Below are positions 39,425 through 49,000 of a stretch of DNA of 64,000 nucleotides, in pieces. The stretch comes from an uncultured delta proteobacterium (GTDB lineage: Bacteria > Desulfobacterota > Desulfobacteria > Desulfobacterales > JAHEIW01). Made by a program: the position numbers and the translations under genes. The stretch is taken from the NCBI GenBank assembly GCA_963706575.1, contig CAVPNL010000006.1, forward strand, positions 544,001 through 608,000. Reading direction: 5' to 3'. Within the stretch, counting starts at the first letter, position 1; the number at the start of each line of letters is the position of its first letter. The notes under the pieces were generated by a model. The model worked only from the letters and a program-made list of their open reading frames with translations. It searched no databases and was not told the DNA's origin.

Positions 39425-39946
39425 TTGTCTGATAACAGTTCTTTTGACGATATCTATTCTACGGAAATTATGATTCTGGGGGTGGGCTGCATCCTTTTTT
39501 CGGATGAGGGCTTCGGTGTGCGTGTAATCGAAACCATTCAGGAGCGCTACAAATTTCCGGATAATGTTCTGGTGGTCGATGGCGGTGTTCTGGGTGTCAA
39601 TCTGCTGGGTGTCATTTCCAAACCGGACCACCTGATTGTGGTAGATGCCATTCGCAATAAAGGCAAGCCCGGGGATCTGTATCGTCTGTCAGGAGAAGCA
39701 ATCCCGGAGCGCATTCGGGCTAAAAATTCACTGCATCAAGTTGATTTTTTAGAAGCGCTGACCTTATGTCAGGCCCTTGATAAGGTGCCAGAAACGGTTA
39801 TTCTGGGTATAGAACCCGAAGATATAGAGACGCTGAGTACTGAATTGACACCCACCACTCAGTCGAAAGTCGATGCCGTTATCGAGATGGTGCTGGGTGA
39901 GATAAAGCGTTTGGGCGGGTCCTATCAGGAAAAAACGAGTGCATGA
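39425..39946 (+). CDS. Hydrogenase maturation protease (HyaD/HybD family)
   Basis: ILGVGCILFSDEGFGV, VDGG, IVVDA, SLHQ, LGIEP. Confidence 0.93.
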   Translation: MSDNSSFDDIYSTEIMILGVGCILFSDEGFGVRVIETIQERYKFPDNVLVVDGGVLGVNLLGVISKPDHLIVVDAIRNKGKPGDLYRLSGEAIPERIRAKNSLHQVDFLEALTLCQALDKVPETVILGIEPEDIETLSTELTPTTQSKVDAVIEMVLGEIKRLGGSYQEKTSA

Positions 39947-40016
39947 AAACCCGGGCAAGGCCTTTGCCAATCAATGCTAGCATTCAACAAACGTTGCTTC
40001 TGAGAGTTGCCTGCAC

Positions 40017-42989
40017 ATGCCGACTCGACCTTCAAAACCGTCATCTTTCCGTTCAGCCTTGGAATGGATTCTATCGAAACCATGGATGAGCATCGCATTT
40101 TTTGTAGTGATATCTCTCTTGTTTGCTCTACAAATTCCCAAGCTTTCTTTTCGAACCTCTATTTATGACTTGCTGATCGAAAATCTTCCCGAAACCATCC
40201 GTTATCAAAAGGCAAAAAAAGTTTTTGGATCCGATGATATTATTCAAGTCGTGGTTAAGGCGGATTCTATTTTTGACACCGCCACTTTCAAAAAAATCGG
40301 GGTTCTTTCTGAAGCTTTCGGCAAAATCCAGGGCGTCAGAAGGGTCATCAGTCTGCCCGGTATCCGGCAAAAAGTCGATCCGGGTGGAAACTGGGCCATC
40401 GATCGTTTCGCCAAAGTGATATCGCCGGTCGACCTGTTTAAAAAAAATCTGATATCAGCGGACCAAAAAATGAGTGCCATTACACTGTTTCTGGAAAGTG
40501 AAGCAGTACATGAAAGCGTTATCGAGAAGATCAATGACATCATTGACAAAGATTCCGGCACCCTTTCTCTTTACCAGATCGGCATGCCGCTGGTTTCACA
40601 GGCGCTAGCTAAATACACCATTAAAGACTTTCAAACCCTTCCCATTTTTACACTGATCCTAATTACCCTGACCCTTTTTGTTCTGTTTCGCAGGCCAAGC
40701 CACGTCCTGCTGGTGTTGATGGTTGTGGCCACAGTGCTAATATGGACATTTGGGCTCATGGCGTTGGTGCAAGTGCCTTTGTCTGTTTTAACCATGATTG
40801 TTCCGGTGTTCCTGATCGCTGTTGGAACGGCTTATTGCCTGCATGTTATGTCTGAATACATTTCCAATGCAGGACTTGCCGGAACTAAAAGGGAAGCAGT
40901 TATTGCAACCTTTGCGAATTCAGCATTGCCTTGCACGCTGGCGGTTGTGACCACCCTGTTCGGAGTCGGGTCGCTTTTTGTCAACCGCATCCGTGCGATC
41001 CATGAATTTGCGCTGTTTACTTGTTTCGGGCTGGGCAGTTTGCTGCTTGTGATTCTTTTGCTTCTGCCTGCCGTGCTGGTTTTGATCCCTCTGCCGCCTC
41101 AAAAGGAGCAACGTGTTTCCGGCTTTGGCCGATTGCTGGATCGCATCCTTGATATGATTATCGACATCGGTTTGAAGCACCAAAAAGCTGCTTTCCTTTC
41201 GATCGGGATTTTGTCTCTGCTGGCAGCGGCTGGCATATTCTTCATCCAGGTCGAGACCAATCCCTTCGAATATTTCAAAAAAGATATACCGATCAGACAA
41301 AATTTCGACGACAGCTATCAGAAACTTTCAGGTAGTTTTGCTATCAGTGTGGTAATGGAAAGCCGGCTGGATTACTATTTTGAGAATCCGCAGCATATCT
41401 CTGAAATTAAGCGCTTTCAGGAATATCTGGAAACCCTTGACGGTGTGGATAAAACCGTTTCTTTTGCCGATTATGTGATGCTTGTCCACTACGCCTTAAG
41501 CAAATACGATTCAAAATATTACGTGATCCCCCAAGAAGCTTATGAAACACGCATGGCGATTAATAACTATAAGGGTCTGCTGGGGGAAGATATGTATTCT
41601 CCGTTTATGACGCCGGAGCTCAACAAGGCCAACATCCTTGTGCTGACGCATATCTCGAGTTCGAAAGATCTGCTCAAAATCAAAGATCAAATCCTTTTCC
41701 ACGCGCAACAACACCTACCCGAACACCTCGCGGTTGAAGTTACCGGATTTGCTGTGGCAATTTCTGCCAGCAGTCATTTGCTTGTTGCAGGCCAGACGAA
41801 AAGTATTTTGCTGGGTCTAATCCTCATTTTCAGCATTATGTTTTTAATGTTTCTGTCGGGGAAAGTCGGCCTGATCGCCTTAGTCCCCAACTGTTTTCCG
41901 ATTATCATGAACTTTGGAATTATGGGGTGGATGGGCATTCCTCTTTCAACGTCCACCAGCCTGATCGCCAGTATTGCCATCGGGCTGGCGGTTGATGACA
42001 CCATCCATTATCTACACCGCTATAACACTGAATTTAAGAAAGATTTGGATAAAGACCGGGCACTGCGTGCTGCCGTAAAAAGTGTCGGAAAGCCGATCAT
42101 TTTTACCACGCTGGCCATCAGTATCGGCTTTTTTGTTTTAATGCTTTCTCATTTCCAACCGACGGCGATTTTTGGTTTTCTGATGGTTATCACCCTGCTG
42201 GCTGCGCTTATTGGTGATCTGATCCTTTTGCCGGCACTCATGCTTCACGTTGAACTGGTAACGGCATGGGATCTTCTCAAATTAATGCCGACGATGGGAG
42301 GCATTTCAACCGGTGTTGCCCATGAGTTGAACCAGCCCCTGAACGCCATCAAAATGGGCAGTGACTTTTTAAAGATGATGATTGCTCAGAAGGCAAAAAT
42401 TGAGCAAGCGCATCTGATTCAGGTGGCCAATGAAATCGGCAATCAGGTTGATCGGGCATCGGACATCGTCAACCGGCTGCAGGCATTTGGACAACGGTCT
42501 GATTTTGCCCGACAAACTGTAAATATCAATGATCCAATCAAGGATGTCATGGACATTGTCGGGCATCAGTTGAGCTTAGACAATATCGAGATTAAACTGG
42601 ATTTAGAAGAGAACCTGCCCGCTATCATCGGCCATCCAAACCGATTGGGACAAGTGGTCTACAATCTTGTCTCCAATGCCCATGAAGCCATCAACGAAAA
42701 GAAGAAAATTGGCGCAGATGCCGGTCAGGCTGTGATTCGGATCAGATCCTTTTCAGAAGGCGACCGGGTGATACTGGCAGTATCGGATACCGGAATCGGC
42801 ATTTCAGCCGTCGACATCGGACGGGTTTACGAACCGTTTTTCTCAACGAAGCCAAGCGGTCAGGGAAAAGGACTGGGGCTGAGCATCAGCAATCAGATCG
42901 TGAGGGATTTCAATGGCCGCATCGATATTGAAAGCAAGGAACACCAGGGGGCGACCTTTAAAGTGACCTTTCCCCGCGCCAGGTCCTGA
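40017..42989 (+). CDS. MMPL/RND membrane protein fused to HisKA-HATPase kinase module
   Basis: Two RND halves (IAVGTAY; IAIGLAVDDTIH) then AHELNQPL, NLVSNA, DTGIGI, EPFFSTK, GKGLGL. Confidence 0.9.
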   Translation: MPTRPSKPSSFRSALEWILSKPWMSIAFFVVISLLFALQIPKLSFRTSIYDLLIENLPETIRYQKAKKVFGSDDIIQVVVKADSIFDTATFKKIGVLSEAFGKIQGVRRVISLPGIRQKVDPGGNWAIDRFAKVISPVDLFKKNLISADQKMSAITLFLESEAVHESVIEKINDIIDKDSGTLSLYQIGMPLVSQALAKYTIKDFQTLPIFTLILITLTLFVLFRRPSHVLLVLMVVATVLIWTFGLMALVQVPLSVLTMIVPVFLIAVGTAYCLHVMSEYISNAGLAGTKREAVIATFANSALPCTLAVVTTLFGVGSLFVNRIRAIHEFALFTCFGLGSLLLVILLLLPAVLVLIPLPPQKEQRVSGFGRLLDRILDMIIDIGLKHQKAAFLSIGILSLLAAAGIFFIQVETNPFEYFKKDIPIRQNFDDSYQKLSGSFAISVVMESRLDYYFENPQHISEIKRFQEYLETLDGVDKTVSFADYVMLVHYALSKYDSKYYVIPQEAYETRMAINNYKGLLGEDMYSPFMTPELNKANILVLTHISSSKDLLKIKDQILFHAQQHLPEHLAVEVTGFAVAISASSHLLVAGQTKSILLGLILIFSIMFLMFLSGKVGLIALVPNCFPIIMNFGIMGWMGIPLSTSTSLIASIAIGLAVDDTIHYLHRYNTEFKKDLDKDRALRAAVKSVGKPIIFTTLAISIGFFVLMLSHFQPTAIFGFLMVITLLAALIGDLILLPALMLHVELVTAWDLLKLMPTMGGISTGVAHELNQPLNAIKMGSDFLKMMIAQKAKIEQAHLIQVANEIGNQVDRASDIVNRLQAFGQRSDFARQTVNINDPIKDVMDIVGHQLSLDNIEIKLDLEENLPAIIGHPNRLGQVVYNLVSNAHEAINEKKKIGADAGQAVIRIRSFSEGDRVILAVSDTGIGISAVDIGRVYEPFFSTKPSGQGKGLGLSISNQIVRDFNGRIDIESKEHQGATFKVTFPRARS

Positions 42990-43194
42990 AAACAAAAGAT
43001 GCTTGCGCGCCCGCTTGATTGTTGTTCGACATTATCGCTTCCCTTGCGTTTTCAAGTATGCTATTTTGTGGTATTTTCTAAAAAATCCCCATCACCTTTC
43101 AACCGGCGTTCTGGTGGTCGGAGCGGGCAACGAACTCCTGAAAATCGTTTATTGGCGATCAGCTATGAGTTAAGGTATAAAGGAGACAACGCCA

Positions 43195-44133
43195 ATGTCA
43201 TTAAAATTATTATGGATTCAATGCGGCGGTTGTGGCGGCGACACCTGGTCGTTTTTCAATGCGGAATCTCCCAACGTTACTGAACTGTTTCGTTCACTTG
43301 ATGTTGAACTGCTGTGGCATCCTTCGATTTCAATCCGCAGCCCCGATTATCTAAAAACCATCAGTGAGGAATTGCTGTCAGGCGCCCTGGAGCTAGATGT
43401 CCTGTGCGTCGAAGGGTCCATCCTTCGGGGACCCGGTGGAACCGGCCGCTATGACGAGATCCACGGAAAACCTAAAAAAGATCTTGTGGCTTCATTAGCA
43501 AATCATGCCAGGTATATTTTAGCCATCGGCACCTGTGCCAGCTACGGCGGCATCGGGGCCAATACCGAAATAGAAGCAACCGGGATGCAATTTCTCAGAG
43601 AAGAAAAAGGGGGATTTCTGGGTGAAGATTTCACCTCCCGAAGCGGGATGCCGGTTATTAATTTGCCCGGGTGCCCCTGCCATTGCGATATTGTTGCCGG
43701 GACGCTGGTCGCGATTGGTTCCGGAGCGCAGCTCGAGCTGGATGAATACAACACCCCCGTGGAATGGTACGGAATGATGGTACACCAGGGATGCACCCGT
43801 AACGAGTACCATGAGTACCGTGTGGAAGAGCGGAAATTTGGCGAAAAAGGATGCATGTTTTTTCATTTGGGCTGTCACGGTCCCCTGGTTCGCGGGCCGT
43901 GTAACAAGATGCTGTGGAACAACCGTTCATCAAAGACAAGGGTAGGTGTTCCCTGTTTTGGCTGTACGCGGCCCGACTTTCCGCAACAGTATCCGTTTTT
44001 TCAAACCAGAAATATCGAGGGGATCCCCATAGAGTTGCCCGAAGGGATCAGCCGGGCGCATTACATGGCCTATAAAGGTATGGCCGCGGCAGCCGCGCCC
44101 AAACGGTTAAAAACGAGAAAGACGGGTATCTAA
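43195..44133 (+). CDS. Cytoplasmic group 2-like (sensory) [NiFe] hydrogenase small subunit
   Basis: No Tat signal; LLWIQCGGCGGD, LLWHPS, GTCASYGGI, NLPGCP, HQGCTR, GCHGP, KTRVGVPCFGC. Confidence 0.88.
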   Translation: MSLKLLWIQCGGCGGDTWSFFNAESPNVTELFRSLDVELLWHPSISIRSPDYLKTISEELLSGALELDVLCVEGSILRGPGGTGRYDEIHGKPKKDLVASLANHARYILAIGTCASYGGIGANTEIEATGMQFLREEKGGFLGEDFTSRSGMPVINLPGCPCHCDIVAGTLVAIGSGAQLELDEYNTPVEWYGMMVHQGCTRNEYHEYRVEERKFGEKGCMFFHLGCHGPLVRGPCNKMLWNNRSSKTRVGVPCFGCTRPDFPQQYPFFQTRNIEGIPIELPEGISRAHYMAYKGMAAAAAPKRLKTRKTGI

Positions 44134-44184
44134 CCTGACAGGGTCTTGATCACTACTGTTGAAATATTTGCATCGGTCATCCAA

Positions 44185-45696
44185 ATGAAACCAAAAAAAA
44201 TAAATATTTTACCCGTAAATCGAGTCGAAGGCGATCTTGAAGTCCGGATCGAAATTGAAAAAAACAGGGTATCCGACGCCTGGAGTGCCGGTATTATGTA
44301 CCGAGGCTTTGAGAATTTGCTCATCGGCCGCGCTGTTTTGGATGGCCTGGTTCTGACTCCCCGCATATGCGGCATCTGTAGTACCTCTCATTTGAAAGCC
44401 GCAGCCAAAGCATTGGATATGTTTTTCAGGGTAAAAATACCGGATAATGCTGTACGCATTCGAAATATTACCTTGATTGCTGAAAAGATCCAAAATGATA
44501 TCCGCCACGCATTTATGCTGTTCATGACGGATTTTACAAATCCGGCCTATCAAAAGCATCCTTTATTTGATGATGCCGCGCGGCGTTATCAACCATTGAC
44601 CGGTGAGACCACGGTCGCAACCGTCCGGGAAACCAAAAGAATTCTTGAAATTATCGCCATTTTAGGCGGTCAATGGCCGCATTCATCTTTTATGGTGCCG
44701 GGTGGTGTGGTGTGTGTGCCCAGTACCAATGATCTGGCGCAATGTTTGTTTTTGATACGGAATTTTCGAAAGTGGTTCGAAAACAGCGTTCTGGGATGTC
44801 TCATTGAACGCTGGATGGAAGTCAAATCCAAGGCCGATTTGGATGTCTGGCTGGAGGAAGCCGAATCTCACACACACGGCGAGCTCGGGTTTTATATCCG
44901 GTTTGCGAAAGAAGCCGGTTTGAAAAAGATTGGCAGGGGCTGTGGAAATTTTATTAGTTTTGGCTCACTGGATTTACCAAATGACACCGGCGTTAAACGG
45001 GCAGGGAAAAACCGGCAGTTTCTGCCGTCGGGGTTTTTTCATCAGCTTGAGCTTAAAGCGTTTGATCAGAAAAAAATATCGGAAGATGTCTCACATTCAT
45101 GGTTTGATGCCGGCGAGGGCGGCAAACATCCATTTGACGGTGAAACCCGACCCTATGCCAGCGGTAAAGAGAGTGGAAAATATTCCTGGGCCAAAGCGCC
45201 GCGCTATGATGCCATGCCGGCTGAAACCGGCCCCCTCGCGGAAATGGTTGTTGCTTCCAATCCGTTGATTATTGATTTCATCAGGCAGGATGGCCCGAGC
45301 GTGTTCCTAAGAGAGCTAGCGCGTTTGATAAGGCCGGCTTATTTGATACCGCTTATGGAGCAATGGCTTGAAGAAACGATCCGCTGTCATGAAGAATTTT
45401 ATCAGGATCATCGCAAAAAGGAAAATGGAGAGGGTTACGGCTTGGTGGAAGCCCCCCGGGGCGCATTGGGCCACTGGGTGAAGATTAAGGACGCCAAAAT
45501 TCAAAAATATCAAATTATTACTCCGACTGCCTGGAATGCCTCACCGCGTGATGCGAACGGTTTTAGAGGACCCTGTGAAGAAGCCATTGTTGGAACTGAA
45601 ATCAAGGATCTGGACAATCCGATAGAAGTCGATCATATCATCCGGTCTTTTGATCCGTGTCTGGTATGCACGGTTCACACCATTGATGCAACATAG
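44185..45696 (+). CDS. Group 2-like (sensory) [NiFe] hydrogenase large subunit
   Basis: PVNRVEGDLE, TPRICGICSTSH, GGQWPHS, RSFDPCLVCTVH followed by only 5 residues. Confidence 0.9.
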   Translation: MKPKKINILPVNRVEGDLEVRIEIEKNRVSDAWSAGIMYRGFENLLIGRAVLDGLVLTPRICGICSTSHLKAAAKALDMFFRVKIPDNAVRIRNITLIAEKIQNDIRHAFMLFMTDFTNPAYQKHPLFDDAARRYQPLTGETTVATVRETKRILEIIAILGGQWPHSSFMVPGGVVCVPSTNDLAQCLFLIRNFRKWFENSVLGCLIERWMEVKSKADLDVWLEEAESHTHGELGFYIRFAKEAGLKKIGRGCGNFISFGSLDLPNDTGVKRAGKNRQFLPSGFFHQLELKAFDQKKISEDVSHSWFDAGEGGKHPFDGETRPYASGKESGKYSWAKAPRYDAMPAETGPLAEMVVASNPLIIDFIRQDGPSVFLRELARLIRPAYLIPLMEQWLEETIRCHEEFYQDHRKKENGEGYGLVEAPRGALGHWVKIKDAKIQKYQIITPTAWNASPRDANGFRGPCEEAIVGTEIKDLDNPIEVDHIIRSFDPCLVCTVHTIDAT

Positions 45697-45761
45697 TAAA
45701 AACGTCCTGCTTTCTCTGGCAGTTTATTTTAGGTTTCAGGTTTCAGTCTCCGGGTTCAAAA

Positions 45762-45815
45762 GTAGGGCCGGCCACCGTGCCAGCCTCAAGCGGCGGCCTC
45801 GGTAGGTCGCCCTAC
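45762..45815. repeat. GTAG-type REP doublet (diverged)
   Basis: GTAGGGCCGGCCACCGTGCCAGCC...GGTCGCCCTAC. Confidence 0.7.
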
Positions 45816-45982
45816 TCGGAAGAATATTAGGCATAAGGCAGAAGGAAGAAGTCAGAAAACAAAAAACAGAAAGTAGCCTGCCTTTTATCGTCTGTCATCT
45901 GTTTGCTGTGCTTTGTCCGCTGTATCTTCCCGACATCTGGAATGATGCCTGACGGATTGTTTATTAACCCCCCAGCGCGTGA

Positions 45983-48073
45983 GTGAATACCATGGAAACT
46001 TTATCTCAGCCCTCCCGGGCGGCTCCAAGTGCCGACAGCACCTACTGGGCATTGGTCGAGGAAAACGCGATCTTAAGAGAAGAAATACAGGTTGCCCGTA
46101 AAGCTGCAGAGCTGACCGCCAACCTTGTTGTCAAACAATTCGAGGAGACCGAAAAGGTTCTTCACCGTTTCCAGGTCGCCAATGCGCAAAGAAAAGCCGT
46201 ACTTGATTCCGCAACCCGAATTTCGATAATTGCCACCAACAAAGATGGTGTCATTACGGTTTTTAACACGGGTGCGGAACACATGTTGGGTTACAGTGCC
46301 CAGGAAATCATCGGCCAACAGACACCGGAACTTTTTCACTTACAAGCTGAATTGGAGAACGTCCGCGATCGCTTGAGCTTTAAATACGGCCGTCGGGTGA
46401 CCGGACTCGATGTTTTTTTTGAATATGTGGCGCAAAAACGATTGGCCCCCAGTGAATGGACGTATGTTAGAAAAGATAGCACTCAATTTCCGGTCAGGAT
46501 GACAATTAACGTCCTGCGAGAACCGTATGGAGACATCAGCGGCCTACTGTTCATCGCCATGGATATTGCTGAAATAAAGCGTTCGGAAAAAGCGCTGAAA
46601 GAAAGTGAGCGCAAATACCGGCTGTTGGTCAGGAACCTGCCAAACTGTGTCTACAAGGGTTACATAGATGGCACCATTGATTTTTTTGATAATAAAATTG
46701 AGCAAATTACAGGGTACAGCAAAGAAGAGTTTTTATCCAGAAAGGTAAACTGGTTTAATCTCGTTGACCCGGATGATCTGGAGCACACCAAGGAGCAGTT
46801 CAAACAGGCCTTACTCACTGACAGCTCTTACATCAGGGAATATCGCGTTAAGTCAAAAACCGGTGATACGATCTGGATTCAGGACGGTGGGCAAATCATT
46901 TATGGGGAAAACGGGGAGGTTGAATTTATCACCGGCGCATTTCTGGATATCACCGAACGCAAGCTCGCCGAAAAAGCGCTGCATGAATCCGAGGAAAAAT
47001 ATCGATCCCTGTTTAACAGCGGCCCTATCCCGATCTTTGTTTTGGAGCGCGAAACTTTAGAAATTTTAGATGCCAACCCGATGGCTGAGGATACCTATGG
47101 CTATTCCAATGGTGAATTAACCGGTATGCCTTTTTCAGCTCTCGGTCCGGTCGACGAGATCTATGAAAGCATCTCTGCTTTTGACAATATGGATTGGCCC
47201 AGAGCCTGCGTTGTGAGTTCGAGGGTTCGCCATTATCAGAAAGGGAATACCCCGTTTTACGTCAGGGTTACGGCCTGTCCGACGCGCTACAAAGATAGAG
47301 ATGCAATCATCCTTGCAACCACAGACATCACCGAAATGTTGGAAAAAGAGGCGCAACTGCTGCAGGCCAGTAAAATGACGACGCTGGGTGAAATGTCGGC
47401 CGGGATTGCCCATGAATTGAATCAGCCGTTAAATGCGATTAATATGGGAAGCGAATATCTCAAAATGATGATCGAAAACCGAAAAAAGATACCCGAGGAA
47501 AACCTGGTTGAAGTCTCCGATCAAATCAGTGAACAGGTGGACAGGGCTTCTGAAATCATTGTTCGCCTCAGGGAATTTGGGCACAAATCCGACTTTGCCA
47601 AAGAAAAGGTCAACATCAACAAATCGGTACGGGTTGCTTACGGTATTATCAATCAACAGATTCGCCTTCAAAATATTGACCTTATCCTGGATCTTGAGAA
47701 GAATTTGCCGCCGATTATGGCGCGCAATACCCGCATTGAACAAGTCATCTTTAACTTGCTCACCAATGCCATGGATGCGTTAACTCAGAGAAAAAAAGCG
47801 AGATCGGAGGGGGCTAAACCAGCCATTACCATTCGTTCGTTTCTTGAAAATGATCGGGTGAAGCTGGCCGTTTCAGACAATGGCAGCGGCATACCGAAGG
47901 CTGTTTTAGAAAAGGTATTTGAGCCGTTTTTTACCACCAAGGAAGTGGGCAGCGGCATGGGGCTCGGGCTTTCGATCACTTACGGGATTGTCAAAGATTA
48001 TAACGGCGAAATAGATATTCAAAGTGAAGAAGGAAAGGGTACGACGGTTAGGTTAACTTTCCCTTGCGCCTGA
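45983..48073 (+). CDS. Cytoplasmic multi-PAS histidine kinase
   Basis: Three PAS/PAC-like segments, AHELNQPL H-box, NLLTNA, DNGSG, EPFFTTK, GMGLGL. Confidence 0.93.
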   Translation: MNTMETLSQPSRAAPSADSTYWALVEENAILREEIQVARKAAELTANLVVKQFEETEKVLHRFQVANAQRKAVLDSATRISIIATNKDGVITVFNTGAEHMLGYSAQEIIGQQTPELFHLQAELENVRDRLSFKYGRRVTGLDVFFEYVAQKRLAPSEWTYVRKDSTQFPVRMTINVLREPYGDISGLLFIAMDIAEIKRSEKALKESERKYRLLVRNLPNCVYKGYIDGTIDFFDNKIEQITGYSKEEFLSRKVNWFNLVDPDDLEHTKEQFKQALLTDSSYIREYRVKSKTGDTIWIQDGGQIIYGENGEVEFITGAFLDITERKLAEKALHESEEKYRSLFNSGPIPIFVLERETLEILDANPMAEDTYGYSNGELTGMPFSALGPVDEIYESISAFDNMDWPRACVVSSRVRHYQKGNTPFYVRVTACPTRYKDRDAIILATTDITEMLEKEAQLLQASKMTTLGEMSAGIAHELNQPLNAINMGSEYLKMMIENRKKIPEENLVEVSDQISEQVDRASEIIVRLREFGHKSDFAKEKVNINKSVRVAYGIINQQIRLQNIDLILDLEKNLPPIMARNTRIEQVIFNLLTNAMDALTQRKKARSEGAKPAITIRSFLENDRVKLAVSDNGSGIPKAVLEKVFEPFFTTKEVGSGMGLGLSITYGIVKDYNGEIDIQSEEGKGTTVRLTFPCA

Positions 48074-48095
48074 TGCGCATTGAAAGGAAGGATAC

Positions 48096-48461
48096 GTGGA
48101 GAAAATCCTGGTTATCGATGACGAAAAGGCGACCCTGTCTATGTTTCGTCTTTTTTTGGATGCATATGGCTACAGCGTTTATACGGCGGAAAACGGCACT
48201 GAAGGACTTGAAATTTTTCGCAAAGAAAAACCGGCGATCGTACTGACCGACGTAAAAATGCCAGGTATAGATGGACTGGCCGTGCTGAAGCAGATAAAAC
48301 AGATCGCTCCCCATACAGCGGTAATTGTCATCACCGGTCATGGTGATACCGATCTGGCCGAGCAGGCGGTGGAACTGGATGCTGTTGATTTTATTAGTAA
48401 ACCGATCAAAAAAGAAGCCCTGGACGCGGCGCTTGAAAAAGCAAGAAAGAAGTTGGGATGA
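48096..48461 (+). CDS. Single-domain response regulator (receiver only)
   Basis: ILVIDDE, LTDVKMPGIDG, ITGHG, FISKP; 121 aa. Confidence 0.93.
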   Translation: MEKILVIDDEKATLSMFRLFLDAYGYSVYTAENGTEGLEIFRKEKPAIVLTDVKMPGIDGLAVLKQIKQIAPHTAVIVITGHGDTDLAEQAVELDAVDFISKPIKKEALDAALEKARKKLG

Positions 48462-48664
48462 GTTAGGCCCTTTGGAAGTTCGCAAGCATATTGCCTCCAA
48501 ATCAGTTTCAATGAACAGCCGGGTAAATTTGCAAAATTTTCCGCGGACCGCCCATTCACATTTAATGTTGACTTTTTTGCAAAAATTCAAGAAAGTCTGT
48601 ATCTTTATGATCGAAAATCTCATAACACGAGCGCGCCGCAGCGAAAAGGATCAGGAGTAATACC

Positions 48665-48907
48665 ATGTGTCTGGCAATCCCATCGAAGATTACCAAGATC
48701 GAAAATAATATGGCTACCATTGATGTTGAAGGCGTTCAAAGAGAAGCCAGTCTGCTGCTACTCGAAGATGCCCGGGTCGGTGATTACGTTATCGTGCACG
48801 CCGGTTTTGCCATCTCAAAACTCGATGAAGCGGCGGCTCAGGAAACACTGGACCTCTTGCGTGAGGCCATCGCCGCGGTAGAGAAAAGAGAACCCAACCA
48901 GAATTAG
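48665..48907 (+). CDS. hypC: Hydrogenase maturation chaperone HypC
   Basis: MCLAIP...GDYVIVHAGFAI. Confidence 0.97.
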   Translation: MCLAIPSKITKIENNMATIDVEGVQREASLLLLEDARVGDYVIVHAGFAISKLDEAAAQETLDLLREAIAAVEKREPNQN

Positions 48908-49000
48908 GAAAAAATCGAGCGCCAAGGGTGTAATTGCATTCGTAGAGACCCCCCAGTTTGTTCGCCACCCCCGCCAAGACAACACACCATTGATGCTGTT

